Below, piece by piece: positions 49,432 to 57,875 of a stretch of 64,000 nucleotides of DNA. Position numbers and translations under genes: made by a program. How positions within the stretch are numbered: position 1 is the first letter of the stretch; every line of letters starts with the position of its first letter. This stretch comes from a virus: positions 38,535 through 102,534 of IMG/VR virus record IMGVR_UViG_3300028563_000012. One strand, written 5' to 3'. The notes under the pieces are model-generated. The model did not search any database and had not been told where the DNA came from. It saw only the letters and a program-made list of their open reading frames with translations.

Positions 49432-49896
49432 CCCTTCGGCCCGAACACCGTGGACAACTTGCTCATCGCATTGACGCGCTTGAGCTGTTCGAGCGCGGCC
49501 GCAACTTGTGGGTGTTGGCGCATCAACTCAACACACCCAGTCAATTCACCAACGGCGTTGTCCAAACGCTCACGCTCATCGGTTGGCACATTGACCTGCA
49601 CGAATTGGCGGTGATTGCTACGCTGAGGCCTGGGGCTGTGATTGAATTTTGGGTCCACGGTTCTCCTCTTCAACTGGCTGTTATTTGTGCGATGTAGCGA
49701 GCATTGGCCACCACGATGGCGACCGGAGTGTTGGTTGCGATGATGCGTTGGTAGGGCGGCTGGCGTTGCGTCCTCCAAAATGCCACGGCTTGTTTGGCGT
49801 CTTCTGCGTCGACAAGCCCAGCAATCACCCAGCGTTCGCCGCTAATCCACAATTCACCTTTGGGCGATGCTTGGCCGATGGCAAAAGTGATCATGA

Positions 49897-50079
49897 TCAG
49901 CCTGCGATAGGCGCCAAGCGGACGCAAGCGCCGCAGATGCACTCAGCATCCGGGTTGAGCCGCGGATCAACAAACAAGACGAGCGCGCCGCATGAGGCGC
50001 ACTTTGTCCACTTTGAGAAAATGACCATCGTGCGTGCCAAATTTCCATCTTGGACTTGCGTTCCTATTGAAACTTGCAT
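49897..50079 (-). CDS. Small Cys-rich protein
   Basis: CASC...CGAC; GAGG RBS. Confidence 0.45.
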   Translation of the reverse strand: MQVSIGTQVQDGNLARTMVIFSKWTKCASCGALVLFVDPRLNPDAECICGACVRLAPIAG

Positions 50080-50094
50080 CGGTTCCTCGCTAGT

Positions 50095-51459
50095 TCAGTT
50101 GTGGGTTGGGACCAGGATCCCGTTGTCAGCCAGGGCGTGGGTCGCATGATTCGACGCACAAGTGTTGACCTTTGTGTTGAATAACTTGACAAATTCAGTT
50201 GTTGTGTTGTATGGCCACATCCAAGCGGGCAGGATGCCGCCCGGAAGGGCGGCTTTAGCAATGCAACCATTGCTTGGCACCGAGGCCAGCGCTTGATTGA
50301 CGTTGGAAACAAATTCACTTGTGTCAGCAATCGGCCAATTGTAACGCGTACTTGACGCATTGACTTGCAATGCTGTGAATGCGCCCGCTGCCAGGATGGC
50401 CGCAACCAGCTTGGTCGACTTTGCGAGCGCCGGAACTGTCAGCGATAGCACAACCAGAAGATACATGGAATTCTCAACATTGTAACGGCCGGCGGCTGAG
50501 AATTCGATGCCATTGGCCGCACGGCGCAACGCCACCATCGTCACCCCCGCCGTGAAAAATGCAACATAACCCGCCCAAACGGCAACAGTCTTACGATTCA
50601 AAGCACGGAAGCAAAACACCCCGGACAAGGCCGCTAAGACAACAACAAGTGCCCAAAAATTGGGAAGCATGTTGGCGGCATGGAGAGAAGCGCGCAGGCC
50701 GACCATTGGCAAAAGCGTCCCGTCAACGAGCGTGAATCGCAAAAACATCCAAATCTGGCCCATGCTCACAGCTGAGGCTTGCGGGGTTTGCATGGTTGCT
50801 AGGATGGCCGCAGCCAAAATCCCAAACGCAGCAACCCAGCGCATACTAGAAACGACCACGAAGATCGACTTGCGGGTGTTGAGCGTCCACAGGATCGGAG
50901 CAAACAAACAAGGGGTAATCAGCGCGCGGCCCGAAAACATGATGGCGATGAAGAACGCAAGCCCTGCAACAGCACGCCCGTTACGCGTTGGGCCGCTATT
51001 GCCAAGCGGGCCCACCAAGCAAACCAAGCACACCAAGGAAAATAACACCGACAGCGAGATATGGCAAGTTGATGACCACCACAGCTGGGAGTGTAACATC
51101 TGAAGCGATGATGCTTGGATCAGCGTGAACCCGAAGGTGCGCAAAGCTGATTGCCCGGCACGGCGCAGCAACACCCAAAAAATCGCGGTGGTGGCCAAGG
51201 CGAAAACTCCGGTGATGGCCGCGTACACGTGAATTGACATGCCGCCGATGTGAAATGCGCTCCATTGGAGAAGACGGAACGCCGGGACGAATTGCCCGAA
51301 GACAGGCATGGTGAGATACTGCCAAGTCAACCCAAGCTTTTGGACTTGTTCGAAGTTCAAAAAATCATCATATGCGAACGTCAAGCGTGCAAGACGGACG
51401 CACAACATCGCGGCGTGCGCCGCCAGTGCCAAGATGAACAATTTGCGTGAAGCCTTCAT
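50095..51459 (-). CDS. Polytopic membrane protein, GT-C-like glycosyltransferase candidate
   Basis: About 11 TM segments; YDDF after TM1, GQFVPAFRL, GRY; first gene after repeat copy 2. Confidence 0.55.
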   Translation of the reverse strand: MKASRKLFILALAAHAAMLCVRLARLTFAYDDFLNFEQVQKLGLTWQYLTMPVFGQFVPAFRLLQWSAFHIGGMSIHVYAAITGVFALATTAIFWVLLRRAGQSALRTFGFTLIQASSLQMLHSQLWWSSTCHISLSVLFSLVCLVCLVGPLGNSGPTRNGRAVAGLAFFIAIMFSGRALITPCLFAPILWTLNTRKSIFVVVSSMRWVAAFGILAAAILATMQTPQASAVSMGQIWMFLRFTLVDGTLLPMVGLRASLHAANMLPNFWALVVVLAALSGVFCFRALNRKTVAVWAGYVAFFTAGVTMVALRRAANGIEFSAAGRYNVENSMYLLVVLSLTVPALAKSTKLVAAILAAGAFTALQVNASSTRYNWPIADTSEFVSNVNQALASVPSNGCIAKAALPGGILPAWMWPYNTTTEFVKLFNTKVNTCASNHATHALADNGILVPTHN

Positions 51460-51677
51460 GATGTAGAGACTCTTATGCGAGAATCAGGCCGAAATGGTGA
51501 AATGGGATTTATGGCACTTAGCATGGCAATAATGCTATCAGCTACGAAAACTTTACGTGGCTGTTTGCCATCAGTGTTGGCAAAGATGCGCTTCGCGCAT
51601 GAAATGCCAAAGGAATTGGCAAAGCGCCGTAAAACGTCGCCATCTCGCTGAAAGCGACGAAAAACGGCGCCATCAAA
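51457..51677 (-). repeat. Structured intergenic repeat, copy 2
   Basis: See copy 1. Confidence 0.95.
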
Positions 51678-52641
51678 ACAACCTTAGTTGGGTCAGACTT
51701 GTGCTCATCCGCTTGCGCATGTCACCATGGGCCGGGAAGCCGATGATGGACTTGCGGTTGTGAAGCGCGCACAATTTGCAAGTCGAGCAAGACAACTTCG
51801 ACGCTCCGAGCGCGGGGCAGACCACGACGTGGCGACCGGCCGGTGTCTTCACCTTGGGTGGCGAGCGCTCAGGCAGCACAACCACCACAGGCGCGATCCC
51901 AAGAGCAGCAAGTTGGTCTGCCTCATCCAAATCATCCGCCGATAGATTGATGGTGAAGCCAAACGTGTTGCAGGTATTCACGATGATACGGTTGGCCGGG
52001 TTGTCGAGCATCGGCTTGTGGGTGTACGTGAAGCCGCGCTTGCCTTGGCTGGCAAGCGTCAGCGCAAACAACTTGTCGCCGTCGATGGCATTCCCATCGC
52101 CAGGTAGGTCGCCGGCCTCGTTGTGACGCCAAAGTTGTCCCGGCGGTAACTTCTCCACCATGGAAATGAAGCGATCCCATGACATGCCTGAGGCTGGATT
52201 CGTAGACAAGCGGCGCCAATGCAGTGCCATGAAGTGTTGCTCTGCGTAGCAACCGTTGTTCAACCACGGGCAAACGGGCGGGCATGTATTCGGGCTGGTC
52301 ATGCTGACCGGAATCGGGCCCGTCTTGCGGTTGTTGGATGCCAGGTTGAACTTCACTCGCAACTCGCAATCAACCCGGATCTGCCGCCGCGTCAACGATG
52401 GCCCGCGCACCTTCGCCCTGCAAGAAGAGCAGCGCTGCACCAAGCGCTTGCCGTTGTCGAATTCGCCGACGGGTTTCCATGTGAAGCATTCCCGGCAACG
52501 TAGCTCTGAAATCCCGCGGCCTTGGCATGTGGCGCAAGGCACGACGATGACAACGAGAGATGGTGGCAGCCGTTTCATCCCGCCGTTGCAAGCCTTGCAT
52601 GGGCGCGAGTAACTGCGATGCTTCAGCTCATTTTCCAGCAC
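51673..52641 (-). CDS. Conserved phage Cys-cluster protein (Gp88/DUF7227-like) with N-terminal Zn fingers
   Basis: NRKTGPIPVS..TCPPVCP....GCYA, WRHNEAGD, FTYTH, INLSAD, VCPA, CSTCKLC, GFPAHG. Confidence 0.6.
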   Translation of the reverse strand: MLENELKHRSYSRPCKACNGGMKRLPPSLVVIVVPCATCQGRGISELRCRECFTWKPVGEFDNGKRLVQRCSSCRAKVRGPSLTRRQIRVDCELRVKFNLASNNRKTGPIPVSMTSPNTCPPVCPWLNNGCYAEQHFMALHWRRLSTNPASGMSWDRFISMVEKLPPGQLWRHNEAGDLPGDGNAIDGDKLFALTLASQGKRGFTYTHKPMLDNPANRIIVNTCNTFGFTINLSADDLDEADQLAALGIAPVVVVLPERSPPKVKTPAGRHVVVCPALGASKLSCSTCKLCALHNRKSIIGFPAHGDMRKRMSTSLTQLRLF

Positions 52642-52837
52642 GCTTGGTCTCAGCCACGCGATGAAACATGGTAATATCGCCCATCGCCTTGTGATACTCG
52701 GGCTTGGCAGCTGAACGTCTGACGTACATCACACCTTCAACGATGACGATGTCAGGTGTTGGATCTTCGATTGCCAAGTCAGCTTGGATTTTGAATGACC
52801 CGCTATCTGACTTGATGGTGAATATTCTGATCGGCAT
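52628..52837 (-). CDS. Hypothetical protein
   Basis: ORF in operon. Confidence 0.45.
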   Translation of the reverse strand: MPIRIFTIKSDSGSFKIQADLAIEDPTPDIVIVEGVMYVRRSAAKPEYHKAMGDITMFHRVAETKRAGK

Positions 52838-52841
52838 GACG

Positions 52842-53321
52842 TTAGCCTAGCTTGCCGCCGCGGTAGCGCATACAATCACAACCCATTGTGACAAAGCCGT
52901 GCCCTGCGCCGTCGAATTGACCGCCATGCCCTTCACGCGAGTCTCCGCAATGGCAAATCTCGGGATCGATTTGCTGCAAGCATCCGGGGCATATTTGGCG
53001 CACCTCCAAGTTGCTGATGGATACATCTGCGGCGCGTTCCTCCATTTCACAGAAATCGCGCAACCGTTGCAACGTATCGTCTTTCCACGGCTTACGGGCG
53101 TCAATTATGTTCTTGATCTGGCGTAGCGTTTCACGACGCGCCTTCAGACCTGTCACGGTAACAACATCAGACCCTGGGATTGCTCCCATGCCATCAAGCA
53201 AGCCAATAACTGCCGCTGCTGCTTTTTGGCAATCGGTCGACACGACATCATGCGCTGGGATGATTCCGTTTATGATGTGCGCTATGGTGTCAGTTAGATG
53301 CTGGTGTGTGCTGTTGCCCAT
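52842..53321 (-). CDS. Hypothetical protein with Cys/His-rich C-terminus
   Basis: CPGC..IDPEICHCGD...MGCDC. Confidence 0.5.
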   Translation of the reverse strand: MGNSTHQHLTDTIAHIINGIIPAHDVVSTDCQKAAAAVIGLLDGMGAIPGSDVVTVTGLKARRETLRQIKNIIDARKPWKDDTLQRLRDFCEMEERAADVSISNLEVRQICPGCLQQIDPEICHCGDSREGHGGQFDGAGHGFVTMGCDCMRYRGGKLG

Positions 53322-53736
53322 TTGCTTTCACCTTTGCCTTCGCCCTTCTCTTTGCCCGGTTGCGTTTTGCCCACAACGGACTCCAATGGCGTTGTCCGGA
53401 AAGGATCCGCTTCACCGACGTCAACCCTAACTCCACCCGAGCAGCAATGCGCTCCAAGTTCCAGTGCATGCCGCGCAATCTGCAGACCAACATGGCCTTT
53501 TCCAAGGTCACAAAACCTGTCTTGCGTGGAGCGCGGCCGCCCTTGACCTGCTTGTAGCTCCACCCCCGGACGATGGCTTGCACGGTCTTGATGGCCAGGT
53601 TGAAGCGCTCGGCAAGCTCCCACTCGTGCCAACCTTCCTCGCTGTAACGCTTCAGCAGATCTGCGGCTTCATCGTCCGTCAACTTGGGCGGGATGGGTGT
53701 CAACCTTTTGGCTTGGCTTGCTTTCTGGCTTCCCAT
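53290..53736 (-). CDS. Tandem-HTH DNA-binding protein (paralog 1)
   Basis: ELAERFNLAIKTVQAIVRG and IAARVELGLTSVKRILSG; ends WSPLW. Confidence 0.65.
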   Translation of the reverse strand: MGSQKASQAKRLTPIPPKLTDDEAADLLKRYSEEGWHEWELAERFNLAIKTVQAIVRGWSYKQVKGGRAPRKTGFVTLEKAMLVCRLRGMHWNLERIAARVELGLTSVKRILSGQRHWSPLWAKRNRAKRRAKAKVKANGQQHTPASN

Positions 53737-54035
53737 TGTTGCACATAGGGTTGCGGCGTTTCGAGCATGGTTTTGAACACGGCGATTGCGGGTGCTGAGA
53801 AGTCACCGGCTTGCACAGTGCGAGTGAACAAATCCAGCGCGTGTTGCAAGCCTTCCTGGTAATGAACGGCGTGCAGGTGGTCCATCTCGCCAAGGCATTT
53901 ACGACAACACAACTTGCCAAACAAGATTCGGTTCGGATCGACCGCTTCGAAGACATGTGGGCCGGGGCACGACTTCAGCCGCTCAAGGTTGGCTCGCACT
54001 TCTTTCAGGATCTGGGCTGAGTCGATTCTCATCAT
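53700..54035 (-). CDS. Hypothetical protein
   Basis: CPGPHVF...CRKC; ATGA coupling. Confidence 0.5.
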   Translation of the reverse strand: MMRIDSAQILKEVRANLERLKSCPGPHVFEAVDPNRILFGKLCCRKCLGEMDHLHAVHYQEGLQHALDLFTRTVQAGDFSAPAIAVFKTMLETPQPYVQQWEARKQAKPKG

Positions 54036-55486
54036 ACTCCTTGCGGCGTCAAGGTTATGCCGTGGGTGTGTTCTTCGATTTCGCCTTGGGCCAAGCTGGA
54101 AAGCATATCCCATTTGATCACACTATGGATATGCCCGGTGGCATCCTTCTGCGTGATCCCGTATCCCATGCGATCCACAACAGCAACATGAACATGGTCG
54201 CATTCAACGGTCGTGATGAATTCAACACGCTTGTTGGGTTGCCCCTTTTGACGCTTGATCGTCTCGCTGCGCAAGTCTTCACGCCTTCCAGATTTGGCAT
54301 CGGTGAAGCATTTGAATGAACAGCCGAAGGGCACCACCACCTTTCCATCCGCCAGGCTGCTAGGCGTTTGGGGTTTCGACGGTGGGCTAATTACCGTTGG
54401 TGGTGGTGCCACTTCGACATCTTTTTCACGCCAGGCCAGCGGATGCTGTGGCGCTACGTACGTGATCGCTGGCTCGGACGGAAGTGTGACGGCAGGCTTT
54501 CCGGGTTGGGGTGTCGCCACGACATCCAGGCAAAACGTTGGGGTTTCGTCGCGAAATGGTTGGATTTTATCCTTCAACCACAGCCCCCAATTCTTTCCAT
54601 CGGGATCCTTCACGAAGAATTCCCCATTGGCATCTGGAAGTGCGACCACTGAACACCGCACATGTGTGCCATCAAAGCGGCGGAAAAACACGGTATCACC
54701 GAATGTGAAGCCGCAACCTGTGTCTTTTGGCGGCACCTCTGCTTCCTGATCTGAACAATCTTCACATGGGAAATCTTGTTTCACGATCCCTTTGACCACA
54801 GGGCAGTTTTGACCACCGTACTTGCAACCGTGCTCCTTGCAACAATGGGATCGGTGTGACCCATCTGGCCCATCTTTGACTTGTTTGGCCTCCCAATCCA
54901 ACTTTGCCTGGACCAGGGAGATGTTGAGCTTGGAGCACGTCAAATACACGATTTGCTTGGTGGTCCCCAAACGCTCTGCCAACTCACGCGCGGTGTTGAC
55001 ACCTTCGTCAAGCAACAGCAAGATTTGCTCACCACGCTTGGCGATTAATGTCTGCTTGGCCTCCGATACATGGAACTTGGGCACGGAGCGCTCAGCAATC
55101 ATCTCTTTTGGTGACCGCTTCTTCTGGTTGTCCAGCACCTCTTGGATGTCTGCAGCAGTCGCCGCAGCCGCGGCTGTCCCCATGGACTTCCCCATGCCCA
55201 AATTGGCTTCGGCCTCTTGTTCTTCATGCATTTCTGCTATCACCGCTCGCATCATGCCGGGCTTCAGCAATGGCGTGACAACAACAGGTTTGTCGCACTT
55301 CGACAGCAACTCTGCGGCCTGCTGAAGGGTGTGAATTTCTTCCATCAACTTGTCGATGGCGCGTTGAATCACATCCAATGCACTTTGGAGCCTTGCGTCT
55401 GGCTTCTTGCACACCTCCTTGAGGACGTCAGCCGCCTCTTCCGGGGTGTCCGTCTCCACGTTTATTCCGTCAACTTTGAGTCGCAT
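54032..55486 (-). CDS. Multidomain protein: coiled coil, HTH, Cys/His domain, His-rich C-terminus
   Basis: TARELAERLGTTKQIVY; HCCKEHGCKYG..CPV...PCEDC; HVH...GHIH...EHTH. Confidence 0.55.
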   Translation of the reverse strand: MRLKVDGINVETDTPEEAADVLKEVCKKPDARLQSALDVIQRAIDKLMEEIHTLQQAAELLSKCDKPVVVTPLLKPGMMRAVIAEMHEEQEAEANLGMGKSMGTAAAAATAADIQEVLDNQKKRSPKEMIAERSVPKFHVSEAKQTLIAKRGEQILLLLDEGVNTARELAERLGTTKQIVYLTCSKLNISLVQAKLDWEAKQVKDGPDGSHRSHCCKEHGCKYGGQNCPVVKGIVKQDFPCEDCSDQEAEVPPKDTGCGFTFGDTVFFRRFDGTHVRCSVVALPDANGEFFVKDPDGKNWGLWLKDKIQPFRDETPTFCLDVVATPQPGKPAVTLPSEPAITYVAPQHPLAWREKDVEVAPPPTVISPPSKPQTPSSLADGKVVVPFGCSFKCFTDAKSGRREDLRSETIKRQKGQPNKRVEFITTVECDHVHVAVVDRMGYGITQKDATGHIHSVIKWDMLSSLAQGEIEEHTHGITLTPQGV

Positions 55487-55815
55487 CTGTTTGTCTTTCC
55501 TTTGACGTGCATGGGCAACGCGATTGCCCCGATCCTTGATGATTTCATTGACTTGGGTAACTTCTCATACCAACGATCACCACGGCACAACGCACTCCCA
55601 TCTTCAAATCCGGCATAGCGTGGACAGTCGCGGGCCCTTGTCACCCAGTTGTTCGGGTTGGACACGCGCCCATTTGAACACATTGCAACCCCGCCGTCTG
55701 TGTACGGGCAAGAGCGTGTTGTGACTTCCATCTCCCAATTGCGAATCGCAGCGATGTTGTTGTGAAGAGCGACGAATGCCTTGTGATCTGCCCAAGCAAC
55801 AACAGTATTTCCCAT
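55462..55815 (-). CDS. Hypothetical protein
   Basis: Start inferred at MGNTVV. Confidence 0.4.
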   Translation of the reverse strand: MGNTVVAWADHKAFVALHNNIAAIRNWEMEVTTRSCPYTDGGVAMCSNGRVSNPNNWVTRARDCPRYAGFEDGSALCRGDRWYEKLPKSMKSSRIGAIALPMHVKGKTNRCDSKLTE

Positions 55816-55847
55816 CGGTCGAATTGGCCTCAATCCGGTTCTTTGGA

Positions 55848-56465
55848 CTATCGACGCTTGAGCATTCCCCGCAGCAGATCCCTGGACCAACAACCCATCC
55901 AGCCGCCAGGCATGAGACGGCGCGCGTACTTGCGCTGCAACAACACCATTTCCTTGAGGTTATCAGAGCAGATGTCAGGCCAAATGTCAAAATAGACAGT
56001 GCTGAACTTGGGCACATCCGGCTTCCAGTCGAAGATGCTGGCGTTGACAATGCGCAAGCGGCCGGAGTCCTGGTGCGGCTTCAGGGTTGGTGAGATCAGG
56101 TCGATGACGCTCTGCAAGACTTCAACCACGGTCACCCTGGTCACTTCGGGCTTGTTCAAAATCGGATGGAGAATCATACCAAGCCCGAGCCCTGCAATCA
56201 ACACCTCACCGTATGCCTTGCGCACCGCCGCGATGTTGGTGTTGCGTTCCAGGCCGGTGTCCGACATCACGAGCGAGCCGCCGATGAGCAAGCGCGCGTA
56301 CTTGCCCGGCAGCACATACCCCAATGGCCGCAATGAGCTCATGCGACTTTCACTCTCTGACACCTCGAAATGGTCAACCCTGACACTGCCGTCAGGGCTT
56401 TGGCATTCCGGCACGACCTCAAACATCTTCGGGAATGTGCTTGGATACATCATCAACCTTTCCAA
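55848..56465 (-). CDS. Class I SAM-binding protein (spermidine synthase-like methyltransferase fold)
   Basis: GEVLIAGLGLGM, VTVVE, YFDIW. Confidence 0.8.
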   Translation of the reverse strand: MERLMMYPSTFPKMFEVVPECQSPDGSVRVDHFEVSESESRMSSLRPLGYVLPGKYARLLIGGSLVMSDTGLERNTNIAAVRKAYGEVLIAGLGLGMILHPILNKPEVTRVTVVEVLQSVIDLISPTLKPHQDSGRLRIVNASIFDWKPDVPKFSTVYFDIWPDICSDNLKEMVLLQRKYARRLMPGGWMGCWSRDLLRGMLKRR

Positions 56466-56722
56466 TAATTCATGAGCGCCGATGGGATGCGAATCACGGT
56501 CTGGCCCGTGGCGATGACGCGCACTTCCCGATATACCATGGCAAGTTGCTTCGTGCCATCAATGACCTTGAGATGCGTCGCAGCTGCTGCGTGGCGGAAT
56601 AGGCGTCCACACGGTTGTACTTCGATGAAAATCATTGCCCGGTTGCCTGCGGCCTTGGCAATCGCGTCCAGTGAAATGTGCCCAATGGTTGTGTGGTTGT
56701 CGTCTTGGAATTCAGCAATCAT
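56453..56722 (-). CDS. Hypothetical protein
   Basis: ORF in operon. Confidence 0.45.
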   Translation of the reverse strand: MIAEFQDDNHTTIGHISLDAIAKAAGNRAMIFIEVQPCGRLFRHAAAATHLKVIDGTKQLAMVYREVRVIATGQTVIRIPSALMNYWKG

Positions 56723-56730
56723 GCCGTAGG

Positions 56731-56928
56731 TTAGTTTGAGGCGCCACGAAGCGCTTTGATCACAATCTCAGCTTGGGTCATCATCAAGTTGCCGTTTCCA
56801 ACAAGATCCACAAGCATTTCGAACACTCTGCGACGCCCTGCAGCATGAAGTGCCTTGACAACTTCGGGCGACAACGTGTTCATTGGGATGACTTGGAACT
56901 TGGTCATTGGCGGTGTTGTGATTTTCAT
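56731..56928 (-). CDS. Hypothetical protein
   Basis: ATGA coupling. Confidence 0.45.
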   Translation of the reverse strand: MKITTPPMTKFQVIPMNTLSPEVVKALHAAGRRRVFEMLVDLVGNGNLMMTQAEIVIKALRGASN

Positions 56929-57233
56929 GATTGCGCGATCCTCAAGGTTTGCTCGATGGCGTCAAGCTCGGCTGACGTGTGGCGACTCGACAAAGCCGCC
57001 GTACGGACCAAACAACCCTCCTTGACACTGCCGGACATCGTGCTGTCAGCGCCAAACTCCGCATAGAAACAAGCAAAAAGCTTGCCATTGATATCTTCTT
57101 TGCGCGCTGAGATGCTGGTCACCTTTGCCCAGTTTCCGAATGCGTCAAGAACCAAGCCGCCGATCTCCAACTTTTCAATGTAGTCGCGACTCGGGATGAA
57201 ATAGACTTGGCCGTGAACCAATCCGTGCGCCAT
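56925..57233 (-). CDS. Hypothetical protein
   Basis: GGAGG RBS before MAHGLV. Confidence 0.5.
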   Translation of the reverse strand: MAHGLVHGQVYFIPSRDYIEKLEIGGLVLDAFGNWAKVTSISARKEDINGKLFACFYAEFGADSTMSGSVKEGCLVRTAALSSRHTSAELDAIEQTLRIAQS

Positions 57234-57235
57234 GA

Positions 57236-57415
57236 TTAAGCCTCCACCGCGGCGAGATTGACGAGCGTGCGTGAGCGATCCGACTTCGATACGAAGCTGA
57301 AACACACATCATCTTGGTCGGCGATGTAGGACTGAACCGCAGCTTCCAGCTCACTGGAATCGCGGATGGTTGGGATCTCGTGAAGTGTGATGGCCGTGTT
57401 TCGTCGCGTTGTCAT
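57236..57415 (-). CDS. 59-aa leaderless ORF after repeat copy 3
   Basis: MTTRRNTAITLHEIP...AAVEA; below the ORF-track cutoff. Confidence 0.5.
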   Translation of the reverse strand: MTTRRNTAITLHEIPTIRDSSELEAAVQSYIADQDDVCFSFVSKSDRSRTLVNLAAVEA

Positions 57416-57622
57416 GTAGAGACTCTTATGCGAGAATCAGGCCGAAATGGTGAAATGGGAATTCACACACTTAGCATGGCAATAATGCTATCAGCTACGA
57501 AAACTTTACGTGGCTGTTTGCCATCAGTGTTGGCAAAGATGCGCTTCGCGCATGAAATGCCAAAGGAATTGGCAAAGCGCCGTAAAACGTCGCCATCTCA
57601 TCCAAAGCGACGAAAAACGGCG
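57414..57622 (-). repeat. Structured intergenic repeat, copy 3
   Basis: See copy 1. Confidence 0.95.
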
Positions 57623-57623
57623 G

Positions 57624-57875
57624 TCAAGGATTGGTGGCTTCGATTTGCTCACGCAACTTGAGGATCCGGTCGAAGCAATCGGGGCAGACGCCCATGGTGC
57701 AAACTGAATCCTTGTACGATGTGAAGCAAATCGTGCAGTCATGCACAGCCCAACGGTTGTACCTGTCCTCGCACGTACTCTGAAATGCCCGGATGAGGCC
57801 TGAGAGCAAATCGCGGTCGATGACCAATGGTTGTTGCTTTACTGCTTCGGGCCTCGGGCTGTCGTCGGTGCACAT
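57624..57875 (-). CDS. Small Cys-rich protein
   Basis: AAAGGA RBS within the 28-bp direct repeat; CTIC...CPDC. Confidence 0.5.
   Translation of the reverse strand: MCTDDSPRPEAVKQQPLVIDRDLLSGLIRAFQSTCEDRYNRWAVHDCTICFTSYKDSVCTMGVCPDCFDRILKLREQIEATNP

Noticed and set aside
45519-57622. CRISPR array or integron attC reading of the ~210-bp repeats
   Set aside because: The units are too long and separated by ~6 kb multi-gene blocks; no cas or integrase gene is in the window, and I saw no attC-type ends.
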